Of a stretch of DNA of 64,000 nucleotides, positions 40,679 to 49,858 are shown piece by piece. Source of the DNA: Sulfitobacter sp. (GTDB lineage: Bacteria; Pseudomonadota; Alphaproteobacteria; Rhodobacterales; Rhodobacteraceae). The position numbers were made by a program, and so were the translations under genes. Within the stretch, counting starts at the first letter, position 1. Each line of letters begins with the position of its first letter. The notes below the pieces were generated by a model. It saw only the letters and a list, made by a program, of their open reading frames with translations. It did no database searches and had not been told where the DNA came from. The stretch spans positions 17,620 to 81,619 of the forward strand of contig OZ243121.1 in assembly GCA_965212515.1 (NCBI GenBank), written 5' to 3'.

Positions 40679-41749
40679 ATGATGAAGGACACCTACGGGA
40701 CCCTGGCCGTCAAGGCCGCCATGGCGCTGATCGCGGCCCTGCTGCTCTTCGCGCCCTTCCTCTTCCAGGACGTGCGCGCCATCGAGGTGGCGGCGCGGAT
40801 CTGCATCTTCATCGTGCTGGTGGCCAGCTACGACCTGCTGATCGGCTACACCGGCATCGTCTCCTTTGCCCATACCATGTTCTTCGGCTTCGGCGCCTAC
40901 GGGGCGGCCATCGCCCTGCGCCAGATGGGCCCGGGCTGGGATGCGGTGGCCCTGGGCACCCTGGCGGGCCTCGGCCTCTCGCTGGTGGTGGCCACGGTGA
41001 TCGGCCTGATCAGCCTGCGGGTGAAGGCGATCTTCTTCGCCATGATCACCCTCGCCGCCGCCTCGGTGGTGCTGGTCCTGGCCTCCCAGCTCAGCCAGCT
41101 CACCGGCGGCGAGGACGGCATTACCTACCGGGTGCCCAGCCTCTTCAAGACGGCGACGAAGCTGGCGGTGGACGAGGAGGGCAAGGTCCTGCGCTGGTTC
41201 GGGGTGCGTCTCAACGGCAAGCTGGCGGCCTACTACTTCGTCTTCTTCACCTCCCTGGTGCTCTTTCTGCTGATGCTGCGCATCACCGTCTCGCCGCTTG
41301 GCACGGTGCTCAAGGCGATCCGCGAGAACGAGGCCCGGGCCGAGGCCATCGGCTACCGGGTCGTGGCCTACCGCACCTTCGTCTTCTGCCTCTCAGCCCT
41401 CGTCGCCTCCCTGGCCGGCTCGGTCTACTCGATCTGGCTCAAGTACACCGGGCCCGACACGGCCCTCTCCTTCGCCATCATGATCGACATCCTGCTGATG
41501 GTGGTGATCGGCGGCATGGGGACCATGTGGGGCGCCGTCGTCGGGGCCGTCCTGATGGTCATGGCGCAGTACTACCTGCGCGACCTGATGGGCGCCGCGA
41601 GCGAGGCCACCGCGGGCCTGCCGCTCCTGCCCGAACTCCTGGCGCCGGACCGCTGGCTCTTCTGGCTCGGCATCCTCTTCATCCTGCTTGTCTACTTCTT
41701 CCCGCGCGGTATTGTCGGCACCCTCATGACCAGGGGAGTCCGTGCATGA
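40679..41749 (+). CDS. branched-chain-type ABC permease (LivM-like)
   Basis: 356 aa, polytopic. Motif LLIGYTGIVSFAHTMFFGFGAY. Confidence 0.85.
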   Translation: MMKDTYGTLAVKAAMALIAALLLFAPFLFQDVRAIEVAARICIFIVLVASYDLLIGYTGIVSFAHTMFFGFGAYGAAIALRQMGPGWDAVALGTLAGLGLSLVVATVIGLISLRVKAIFFAMITLAAASVVLVLASQLSQLTGGEDGITYRVPSLFKTATKLAVDEEGKVLRWFGVRLNGKLAAYYFVFFTSLVLFLLMLRITVSPLGTVLKAIRENEARAEAIGYRVVAYRTFVFCLSALVASLAGSVYSIWLKYTGPDTALSFAIMIDILLMVVIGGMGTMWGAVVGAVLMVMAQYYLRDLMGAASEATAGLPLLPELLAPDRWLFWLGILFILLVYFFPRGIVGTLMTRGVRA

Positions 41750-42594
41750 CGCAACCGCGCCACTCTTTCGCGCCCGTGATGGATCACGAGATCCACGTCA
41801 CCGAATGGGGCAGCCGGGACAAGCCCGCGCTCCTGATGATGCACGGCCTGGCCCGCACCGGGCGCGACTTCGACGAGCTGGCCGCAGGCCTCTCGCAGGA
41901 CTGGCACGTCCTCTGCCCCGACATGATCGGCCGCGGCCTCTCGAGCTGGTCGGCCAACGGCAAGGACGAGTACCGCGTCGAGTACTACGCCGGTGTCACC
42001 TCGGACCTGATGGACCACTTCGGCATCGAGCGCGCCGCCTGGCTCGGCACCTCGCTCGGCGGACAGATCGGGATGCACCTGGCTTCCAGCCTGCACGCCG
42101 ACAGGATCACCTGCCTGCTGCTCAACGACATCGGCCCCGAGGTGCCCACCGCCGCCATCGAGCGGGTCCTCTCCTACGCGGGCGACTCGCCCCAGTTCAC
42201 CAGCTACGCCGAGGCCGAGATCTGGCTGCGCCGCGCCTATGCCACCTTCGGCCCCGCCGCCGAGGGCTTCTGGTCGCGCATGACCCGCTCCTCCCTGCGC
42301 CGCCGCGACGACGGCAAGCTCACCCTCCACTACGACCCCGGCATCCTCTACCAGCTCGTGGTGGCCCCCGACGAGATGACCCGCTGGGACCGCTGGGAGC
42401 GCATCGAGGTGCCCTGCCACCTCTTCCGCGGCGGCCGCTCCGACCTCATGCCCGCCAAGGTCGCCGAGCGCATGAAGCAGAGCGGCCCGAAACTCGGCGA
42501 GACCGTCCTGCCCGAATGCGGCCACGCCCCGACGCTCTCGCGCCCCGCCGACATCACCCGGGTGGGCGAGGTCCTGGCGCGGCTGGCGGGGTGA
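41746..42594 (+). CDS. alpha/beta-fold hydrolase
   Basis: ATG 41746 overlaps the LivM-like stop (ATGA). HGLARTG oxyanion region and nucleophile elbow GTSLGG. Confidence 0.8.
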   Translation: MTQPRHSFAPVMDHEIHVTEWGSRDKPALLMMHGLARTGRDFDELAAGLSQDWHVLCPDMIGRGLSSWSANGKDEYRVEYYAGVTSDLMDHFGIERAAWLGTSLGGQIGMHLASSLHADRITCLLLNDIGPEVPTAAIERVLSYAGDSPQFTSYAEAEIWLRRAYATFGPAAEGFWSRMTRSSLRRRDDGKLTLHYDPGILYQLVVAPDEMTRWDRWERIEVPCHLFRGGRSDLMPAKVAERMKQSGPKLGETVLPECGHAPTLSRPADITRVGEVLARLAG

Positions 42595-42638
42595 GGGCAG
42601 GGGGGCGCTGACCGCCCCGGCAGGCGCCGCCTGACGGT

Positions 42639-43334
42639 CTAGGCTGCCCCGTTCGTGCGATAGCGGGACAGGATATCGCTCACGTTGTCCCCCTGATCGT
42701 CTTCCGGATTGAGGAGCGCCCGGTCCTGCACCCCATGCAGATGCGTGTGCATGAAGCCGATGGCCTTTTCCGCGTCGCCACCGGCGATGGCCTCGATGAT
42801 CTCGGCATGCTCTTCGACACCGCATTCCGCCGAATGGGCCTGGGCGAACCGCGCCAGGATCAGCGAACAGCGCGAGACGATCTCCTTGACGTATCTGGCA
42901 AGGATCGGGGAGCCCGTCAGCTCCGCCAGCAGAATGTGAAACTCTCCTGCCAGCCGGATCGAACGGGTATGATCCTTTCCAAGTGCTGCCTGTTCCTCGG
43001 CCAGATGGGCCTTCAGCTTCGCGACGATCGGGCCGGGCTCCATGCTGCTGAGCCGCTGCATGACCTCGCGCTCGAGACACTGCCGCATGTCGAAGATGTC
43101 GTAGGCTTCCTCGATCGTGGGCTCCGCGACAGAGGCCCCGCGATGCGGCTTGATATCCACGAGTCCCTCGGCATCCAGCCGGACCAGCGCGTTGCGCACC
43201 ACCGTCCGGCTGACGCCAAAGGTCTCTCCGATTGAATCCTCGGGCAACTTCACGCCCGGCTTGAGGGCCTGCTCGATAATCGCGCGGCGAAGCGAATCAT
43301 AGACGGGGGAACTGCGTGTGGAAGACTTGGTCAT
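42639..43334 (-). CDS. GntR-family regulator, FadR/FCD subtype
   Basis: Track ORF trimmed to the ATG at 43334. wHTH LPEDSIGETFGVSRTVVRNALVRLDAEGLVDIKPHRGASV. C-terminal helical FCD-like domain. Confidence 0.85.
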   Translation of the reverse strand: MTKSSTRSSPVYDSLRRAIIEQALKPGVKLPEDSIGETFGVSRTVVRNALVRLDAEGLVDIKPHRGASVAEPTIEEAYDIFDMRQCLEREVMQRLSSMEPGPIVAKLKAHLAEEQAALGKDHTRSIRLAGEFHILLAELTGSPILARYVKEIVSRCSLILARFAQAHSAECGVEEHAEIIEAIAGGDAEKAIGFMHTHLHGVQDRALLNPEDDQGDNVSDILSRYRTNGAA

Positions 43335-43399
43335 GGGAGAAGGTGTAGCAGGTTGCACAATTGAATCCAGAAATTTCAACGATACGGCACAAGTACTTA

Positions 43400-43438
43400 T
43401 GCACAATTGATGTGCATTGGATACAATCTAGTATCCAA
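43400..43438. promoter_or_regulatory. two abutting perfect palindromes (TGCACA-N5-TGTGCA; TTGGATAC-N6-GTATCCAA), candidate GntR/FadR-type operators
   Basis: Read directly: 43400-43416 and 43417-43438, in the AT-rich 282-bp divergent intergenic region. The 11-mer TGCACAATTGA also occurs at 43354-43364. Confidence 0.4.
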
Positions 43439-43566
43439 AATTCACATTTTTTGTAGACAGATCAAAATTGAGTCATCTATCGTTGAGCTATCCCAGGCGG
43501 TTTCCGGGGCGGATCTTCACGATCTCCAGCCATTGGCTGCCAAGATGAACGGGATGTCCAAGCATG

Positions 43567-43598
43567 TTGGATGCAAGGTTGTGTCATTTTGTATCCAA
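43567..43598. promoter_or_regulatory. second GTATCCAA half-site pair (TTGGATGC-N16-GTATCCAA) just upstream of the SBP gene RBS
   Basis: The decamer GTATCCAAAA is repeated at 43431-43440 and 43591-43600. An imperfect partner TTGGATGC lies at 43567-43574. Confidence 0.3.
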
Positions 43599-43616
43599 AA
43601 AACGGGGAGAAAATTG

Positions 43617-45188
43617 ATGAAGACAGGACTTGCACAGAAGGTCGCCATTGCGGGAGGGCTGATCAGCACGCTTCTCGGCACGGCTGCCGTTGCCGAAACC
43701 ATCCGCTGGGGCGCACCGCGCGACATCGTCTCGCTCGATCCGTATTCCTACGGCGACAGCTACACCATTAACTTCCTCAACCACGTCTACGAGGGTCTGG
43801 TGCGCTACAACCGCGATCTGGAGATCGAACCGGCGCTGGCCACCGATTGGGAGATCGTCTCGCCCACGACCTGGCGGTTCAAACTGCGCGAAGGCGTGAA
43901 GTTTCACGACGGCGCCGATCTGACCGCGGAAGACGTGCTGGCCTCGCTGGAGCGGGTCAGCGACGAGACCTCGCCGCTCAAGGGCAACCTGCCGGCCTAC
44001 AAGAGCGCCACCGTCGTGGATGACCTGACCATCGACATCGAACTGACCGGCGCCTATCCGCTTCTGCTCAACGACCTGACCAACATCCATATCTTCGACA
44101 AGGGCTGGCTTGTCGCGAACAACGCCGAGAAGCCGACAGACGTGAGCGCCGGGGTCGAGGGTCATGCCACCTTCAACACCAACGGCACCGGGCCCTTCCA
44201 GCTCGGGTCCCGCACACCGGAAGCCCAGACCATCCTGGTGAACTTCGACGGCTGGTGGGACACGCCCGCGCACAACCTGACCCGGATCGAATTCCAGCCG
44301 ATCTCCTCGGCCGCAACCCGGGTGGCCGCCCTCCTGTCGGGCGAAGTGGACTTCGTCGACAGCGCCCCGGTGCAGGATCTTCCACGGCTCGAAGCCGCAC
44401 CCAATGTCGAAGTGCTGGAGCGCACCGACCTGCGCACCGTGATGCTGGGCTTCAACCGGCGCGATGAGCTCATCGCGGGTGGCGAGAACCCCCTGAACGA
44501 CCTGCGCGTGAGACAGGCCATGCAGATGGCCGTGGACCTGGATCTCATTCAGGAGAAGGTGATGCGGGGCAAGTCGCGCAACGCAGGCACCCTGGTCGCG
44601 CCCTCGATCCCGGGCTACTCCGAAGCGCTCGACACGCCGGCCGAGTACAACCTGGAGAAGGCCAAGGAGCTGCTCGCCGAGGCCGGCTATGCCGACGGTT
44701 TCGCGTTCGACTTCGTCTGCACGAACGAGAGCTACGTGAACGAGGAACAGTTCTGCCAGGCCATCGCCTCGATGTGGTCGCGCGTCGGCCTGTCGCCGAA
44801 GCTCGACATCGGCCCCACCGCCAAGCAGACACCCAAGCGCGCCAACGGGAAGGCCGATGTCTACACCATCGGCTGGGCGACGCTCCCCATGCTCGATACC
44901 TATTCCATCCTGGTGCAGATGCTCCATTCCAAGGAAGGCAACTCGGGCGTGTTCAACTGGGGCGGCTGGTCCTATCCTGAACTCGACAAGCTGACGCAGT
45001 CTGCCGCCGTCGAACTGGACCGCGACACCCGCCTCCAGATGGAGACCGACGCGCTCAAGATCGCCAAGGACGAGATCATCATGATGCCGCTGCACCAGCA
45101 GCCGATGGCCTGGGCCGTGGCGTCCGACGTCAGCGACATGCCCCAGTTCCCCGATAACAAGCCGCGCATGTGGTACGTGACAAAATAG
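43617..45188 (+). CDS. ABC substrate-binding protein, family 5 (peptide/nickel/opine type)
   Basis: Track ORF trimmed to the ATG at 43617 (GGGGAGA RBS). Signal peptide LISTLLGTAAVA. Motif LDPYSYGDSYTINFLNHVYEGLVRYN. Confidence 0.9.
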   Translation: MKTGLAQKVAIAGGLISTLLGTAAVAETIRWGAPRDIVSLDPYSYGDSYTINFLNHVYEGLVRYNRDLEIEPALATDWEIVSPTTWRFKLREGVKFHDGADLTAEDVLASLERVSDETSPLKGNLPAYKSATVVDDLTIDIELTGAYPLLLNDLTNIHIFDKGWLVANNAEKPTDVSAGVEGHATFNTNGTGPFQLGSRTPEAQTILVNFDGWWDTPAHNLTRIEFQPISSAATRVAALLSGEVDFVDSAPVQDLPRLEAAPNVEVLERTDLRTVMLGFNRRDELIAGGENPLNDLRVRQAMQMAVDLDLIQEKVMRGKSRNAGTLVAPSIPGYSEALDTPAEYNLEKAKELLAEAGYADGFAFDFVCTNESYVNEEQFCQAIASMWSRVGLSPKLDIGPTAKQTPKRANGKADVYTIGWATLPMLDTYSILVQMLHSKEGNSGVFNWGGWSYPELDKLTQSAAVELDRDTRLQMETDALKIAKDEIIMMPLHQQPMAWAVASDVSDMPQFPDNKPRMWYVTK

Positions 45189-45202
45189 GTCCCTCCCAGA
45201 CT

Positions 45203-45232
45203 GGGCAGCGCGGCTCTGCGCTGCCCCTTTTT
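45203..45232 (+). terminator. stem-loop plus T-run after the SBP gene (intrinsic terminator / intercistronic attenuator)
   Basis: GGGCAGCGC (45203-45211), loop GGCTCT, GCGCTGCCC (45218-45226), then CTTTTT. Lies 15 nt after the TAG stop and 18 nt before the permease ATG. Confidence 0.55.
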
Positions 45233-45249
45233 CCACAAAGGAGAGAACG

Positions 45250-46221
45250 ATGCTGGCCTTCCTGATCAAGCGTAGCGTCAACGCGATCTTCGTGATGCTG
45301 TCCGTGAGCTTCATTGCCTTCATGATTTTCCGTTTCGTCGGTGATCCGGTGGAGCTGATGCTCAACGAACAGGCCACCCAGGAACAGCGCGACGAGCTCC
45401 GCACCCGGCTGGGCCTCGACCGCTCCTTCATCGCTCAGTACGCCACCTTCGTGGCCAATGCTGCGAAGGGCGATTTCGGCATCTCCTTCCGCAACCAGCA
45501 AGACGTGCTCGCGATGATCGCGGAGCGCTTCCCGGCCACCTTCGAGTTGGTCATCGTTGCCACCCTGATCTCTCTCGTGGTGGGGATACCCATGGGGGTC
45601 ATCACCGCGATCCGGCGTCAGACCTGGTACGCCGAAACCATGCAATTCACCTCCATCATCGGGGTATCCCTGCCCTCTTTTGTCGTCGGCATCGGGTTGA
45701 TCCTGATCTTCTCGGTCTGGCTCGGGTGGCTGCCCGCCTTTGGCCGCGGCGAGACCGTCCAGCTTGGCTGGTGGTCCACCGGCCTGCTGACCCACTCGGG
45801 GCGCATGTCCATCATCCTGCCGGCGCTGTCCCTGTCGCTCTTCCAGATCACCCTGGTGATGCGTCTGGTGCGGGCCGAAATGCTCGAGGTCCTCCGCTCC
45901 GACTTCATCAAGTTTGCCCGCGCCCGCGGCGTGCCCGCCAGGATCGTCCACTTCCGCCACGCCCTGCGCAACTGCATGATGCCCGTCGTCACCATGACCG
46001 CCATGCAGATCGGCGGCCTCATCGCCTTCGCCCTCGTCACGGAGACCGTCTTTCAGTGGCCCGGCATGGGGCTGCTCTTCATCCAGGCCGTCACCTTCGT
46101 CGATGTGCCGATCATGGCCGCCTACCTTTGCATCGTGGCGCTGATTTTCGTTTTGCTGAACACCATCGTGGACATCACCTACGCGGCGATTGATCCACGC
46201 CTGCGCGGAGCCGATTCATGA
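45250..46221 (+). CDS. ABC permease (DppB/OppB-type)
   Basis: 323 aa. N-terminal MLAFLIKRSVNAIFVML and BPD_transp_1-like core. Confidence 0.9.
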   Translation: MLAFLIKRSVNAIFVMLSVSFIAFMIFRFVGDPVELMLNEQATQEQRDELRTRLGLDRSFIAQYATFVANAAKGDFGISFRNQQDVLAMIAERFPATFELVIVATLISLVVGIPMGVITAIRRQTWYAETMQFTSIIGVSLPSFVVGIGLILIFSVWLGWLPAFGRGETVQLGWWSTGLLTHSGRMSIILPALSLSLFQITLVMRLVRAEMLEVLRSDFIKFARARGVPARIVHFRHALRNCMMPVVTMTAMQIGGLIAFALVTETVFQWPGMGLLFIQAVTFVDVPIMAAYLCIVALIFVLLNTIVDITYAAIDPRLRGADS

Positions 46222-47168
46222 CCGACATCCCGTCCCCCGCCGTCAACCGGGCCCGCCCGAACCGCCTGCAACGCTTCTTCGACAGCGATCTCTGGTGGTC
46301 CTTCCGAAACTCGAAGTCTGCCATGGGCGCCGCCATCGTCCTGGCAGTCGTCATCCTCGCCGCCTTCCTGGCGCCAGTCCTGTCGCCGCAGAACCCCTAT
46401 GACCTGGCTGCACTTGAGCTCTGGAACGCCGAGCTGCCGCCGATCTGGATGGAGGGCGGGCAGATGCCCTTCCTCCTGGGCACGGACGTTCAGGGCCGCG
46501 ACATCCTCTCCGGCATCCTCTACGGGACCCGAGTGTCGATCTTCATCGGGCTGGCCTCGGTCCTCGTGTCCCTCGTGGTCGGCGTCATGGCCGGTCTGAT
46601 GGCCGGCTACTACGGCGGGTGGGTCGATAACGTCCTGATGCGCGTCGGAGACGTTCTGCTCTCCATCCCGATCATCCTGGTCGCGATCCTGGTGAGCTCC
46701 GTCGCCCAGGCCATGCTGCCGCCGGAGTTCCGTGAAGCGGGTGTTTCCCTGGTCCTGGTGCTGGCCATCGCGCTCTATTCATGGGTGCAGTACGCCCGCG
46801 TCGTCCGGGCCCAGACGATGGTGGAGCGGCGCAAGGAGTACGTCCAGGCCTCCCGCCTTGTCGGCACACCGGCCCGCCGCCTGATGCTGAAGCACATCCT
46901 GCCCAACACCCTGACCCCGGTCTTCGTGGCGGCAACGCTGAACTTCGGCCTCGCCATCCTGATCGAGGCGACGCTCTCCTTCCTGGGCGTCGGGATGCCC
47001 CCGAACCAGCCCTCCCTGGGCACCCTCATCCGCGTCGGCAACCAGTACCTCTTCTCCGGCTCCTGGTGGATCGTGCTGTTCCCCTCGATCCAGCTCTGCA
47101 TCCTCGTCGTGGCCGTGAACATGCTGGGCGACTGGCTGCGCGACGCTCTCAACCCGAAACTGCGCTGA
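46218..47168 (+). CDS. ABC permease (DppC/OppC-type)
   Basis: 316 aa. ATGA coupling to the previous gene. Motif SRLVGTPARRLMLKHILPN. Confidence 0.9.
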   Translation: MTDIPSPAVNRARPNRLQRFFDSDLWWSFRNSKSAMGAAIVLAVVILAAFLAPVLSPQNPYDLAALELWNAELPPIWMEGGQMPFLLGTDVQGRDILSGILYGTRVSIFIGLASVLVSLVVGVMAGLMAGYYGGWVDNVLMRVGDVLLSIPIILVAILVSSVAQAMLPPEFREAGVSLVLVLAIALYSWVQYARVVRAQTMVERRKEYVQASRLVGTPARRLMLKHILPNTLTPVFVAATLNFGLAILIEATLSFLGVGMPPNQPSLGTLIRVGNQYLFSGSWWIVLFPSIQLCILVVAVNMLGDWLRDALNPKLR

Positions 47169-47180
47169 GGAGCGGTGATA

Positions 47181-48377
47181 ATGAGTTCCCTTCTGATCAA
47201 GAACATCCGCCTCGGCGACGGTGACGCGGCAGACATCCTGATCCAGGGCGGCACCATCGCCGAGATCGGGCCGGACCTGGCCGCGCCCGGGGTCGAGGTG
47301 GTCGAGGGATCGGGCCATATCGCGCTGCCCGGCCTTGTCGATGCACATACGCATCTCGACAAGTCTCTGCTGGGCCTGCCCTGGTATCACAACGATGTCG
47401 GCGCAGGCAGCCTCATGGGCATGATCGACAACGAACGCCGCATGAAGAAGGCGCTGGACTATGACCCCCATGTGCAGTCCATGCGCCACGCGCTGCAAAC
47501 GGCGGCCTTCGGCGGCACCCTGATCCGCAGCCACATCGACATCGACACCGACGGCGGGTTGCGCGCCCTGGAGGGCGTTCAACAGACGGCCGATGCCTTG
47601 GCCGACGTCGTGGAGATCGAAACGGTCGCCTTTCCCCAATCGGGCTTGATGATCCGGGAGGGCACCAGGGAGCTGATGGATCAGGCGCTTGCGATGGGCG
47701 CCGATCTGGTCGGCGGGCTTGATCCCTGCGCCGTGGACCGCGACCCCAAGGGGCACCTCGATACCATCTTCGCGCTGGCCGAAAAGCACGGCAAGGGCAT
47801 CGACATCCACCTCCATGAACGCGGCGAGATGGGGATGTTCTCGATGGAGATGATCCTCGACCGGGCGAAGGCGCTGGACATGCGCGGCATGGTCACGATC
47901 AGCCATGCCTTCTGCCTCGGCATGGAGGACTTCCGCCGCGTGACCGGCATGCTGGAACGGCTGGCGGCCCTCGACGTGGCGATCATGACGACGGCGCCCG
48001 CCTCCTCGCCCGCGCCGATGGTGCGCGAGCTTGACGCCCACGGCATCCGCATCGGGGCGGGCAATGACGGGTTCCAGGACACCTGGGGGCCCTACGGAAA
48101 CGGCGACATGCTGGAGCGCGCCAAGTTCATCGGTCTGCGCAACAACCTCCGCATGGACGTGGAAGTGAAGCGTGCTCTCGACATCTGCACGGGCGGCGGC
48201 GCCATGGCGATGGGCAAAGCCGCCCGCGTTCTGGCGCCCGGCGCCCCCGGCGATGTGGTCCTTGTCGAGGGGGAGACCGTGGTTCAGGCGGTCGTCACCC
48301 ACGCCCCGCGAAAGCTTGTGGTGAAGGGCGGCAAGATCACGGCTCGGGACGGCAAGACGCTCATGGTGGCGCCATGA
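47181..48377 (+). CDS. amidohydrolase-superfamily enzyme (cytosine-deaminase-like)
   Basis: Canonical PGLVDAHTHLDKS metal motif. I prefer the ATG at 47181 (GAGGAG 7 nt upstream) over the track's GTG at 47175. Confidence 0.8.
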   Translation: MSSLLIKNIRLGDGDAADILIQGGTIAEIGPDLAAPGVEVVEGSGHIALPGLVDAHTHLDKSLLGLPWYHNDVGAGSLMGMIDNERRMKKALDYDPHVQSMRHALQTAAFGGTLIRSHIDIDTDGGLRALEGVQQTADALADVVEIETVAFPQSGLMIREGTRELMDQALAMGADLVGGLDPCAVDRDPKGHLDTIFALAEKHGKGIDIHLHERGEMGMFSMEMILDRAKALDMRGMVTISHAFCLGMEDFRRVTGMLERLAALDVAIMTTAPASSPAPMVRELDAHGIRIGAGNDGFQDTWGPYGNGDMLERAKFIGLRNNLRMDVEVKRALDICTGGGAMAMGKAARVLAPGAPGDVVLVEGETVVQAVVTHAPRKLVVKGGKITARDGKTLMVAP

Positions 48378-49858
48378 CGCCCTTCGACCAGATTCCCCTC
48401 GGCACCCGCCCGCCGAGCCGCTGGGCCATCACCGCGCAGTGGATGGTCGTCGACACCCCCGGTGGCCGTCATCTGGTGCAGGACGGCGAGCTGGTGATCG
48501 AAGGCGACCGCGTGATCCACGTGGGTCGGCCCTTCGAAGGGGAAGTGGCCGCCCGCTACGACATGGGGGCCGCCCTGATCGCGCCGGGCTTCGTCGATCT
48601 CGATGCCCTCTCGGACCTGGACACGACGCTGCTCGCTTTCGACAACTGGCCTTCGGAAGCCAAGGGCAGGGTCTGGCCGCGCAGCTACGTGGACCGTGGC
48701 CCCTACGAGATGTACTCGCCCGAGGAGCTGGCCTTTCAGAAAAAATTCGCCTTCGCGCAGCTGCTTCTCAACGGGATCACCTCCGCTGCGCCCATTGCCT
48801 CGCTTTTCTATCGCGCCTGGGGCGAGACCGCCGCCGAGTTCGACGCCGCGGCCGAGGCGGCCGAGGCCCTGGGCCTGCGGGTTTGGCTTGGCCCGGCCTT
48901 CCGCTCTGGCGGCATGATCGTCGAGCAGGATGGCCGTCTCACGGCAGAGTTTGACGAAGCCCGCGGTCTGGAAGGGCTGGAGGAGGCGATGGCCTTCGCC
49001 CGCCGACATGAGGGCAGGGACCTGGTGCGCCCCCTGCTTGCCCCCGACCGTGTCGAGACCTGCACGGAAACCCTGCTGCGACGGACCATGGCGGCCGCGG
49101 AAGAGCTCGACTGCCCGGTGAGGCTTCACATGGCCCAGGGGCAGATGGAACGCGACACGGTACACTCCCTGTACGGCCAAACGGCGCCTGCCTGGCTCGA
49201 CGGCCTCGGCCTGCTCGGCCCCCGCCTTTTGGCGCCCCATGCAACCTTCGCGACCGATGATGATCTGCGGCGCTACGCTGACCGCGGCGTCAGCGTGGTC
49301 CATTGCCCGCTCGTCAGTGCGCGCCACGGCGGTGCCCTGCGCTCCTTCGCCAAGCTGCGCGACATGGGTGTGCGCGTGACCATGGGGACGGACACGGCAC
49401 CACCGGACATGGTGCTCAACATGGCCGTGGGCATGATGATGTGCCGCCTGGTCGAGCAAGACATCGCCGCCTGCACCTCCGCCGATTTCCTGAACGCCGC
49501 CACCCGCGACGGGGCCCAGGCACTTGGCCGGGACGACATTGGCGTCCTGCGGGTTGGCGGCAAGGCGGACTTCGCCGTCTTCGATCTGCGCGATCCCGCC
49601 ATGGCACCAACGATTGACCCGGTGCAGAGCCTGATCCTGGGCGCCACAGGGCGCGTGACCCGGGCGACGATCGTGGACGGAAGGCTGTCGATGCGGAATG
49701 GCGAGGTGGCCGGGTTCGACCTCGCCGAAGCCAGGCAACAGGCCCAGGCCCAATTCGATGGGCTTCTGGAAAAGTACCCCGAGCGCACGGCCCACCACCC
49801 GCCGCTGGCCGAGATCTTCCCCCCGTCCTTCCCGCTTCTAGAAACCTGCACGCCATGA
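48374..49858 (+). CDS. amidohydrolase-superfamily protein with non-canonical first metal motif
   Basis: ATGA coupling. PGFVDLDALSD aligns where PGxVDxHxH is expected. Later HATF, VVHCP and GTDTAPPD motifs are retained. Confidence 0.7.
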   Translation: MTPFDQIPLGTRPPSRWAITAQWMVVDTPGGRHLVQDGELVIEGDRVIHVGRPFEGEVAARYDMGAALIAPGFVDLDALSDLDTTLLAFDNWPSEAKGRVWPRSYVDRGPYEMYSPEELAFQKKFAFAQLLLNGITSAAPIASLFYRAWGETAAEFDAAAEAAEALGLRVWLGPAFRSGGMIVEQDGRLTAEFDEARGLEGLEEAMAFARRHEGRDLVRPLLAPDRVETCTETLLRRTMAAAEELDCPVRLHMAQGQMERDTVHSLYGQTAPAWLDGLGLLGPRLLAPHATFATDDDLRRYADRGVSVVHCPLVSARHGGALRSFAKLRDMGVRVTMGTDTAPPDMVLNMAVGMMMCRLVEQDIAACTSADFLNAATRDGAQALGRDDIGVLRVGGKADFAVFDLRDPAMAPTIDPVQSLILGATGRVTRATIVDGRLSMRNGEVAGFDLAEARQQAQAQFDGLLEKYPERTAHHPPLAEIFPPSFPLLETCTP

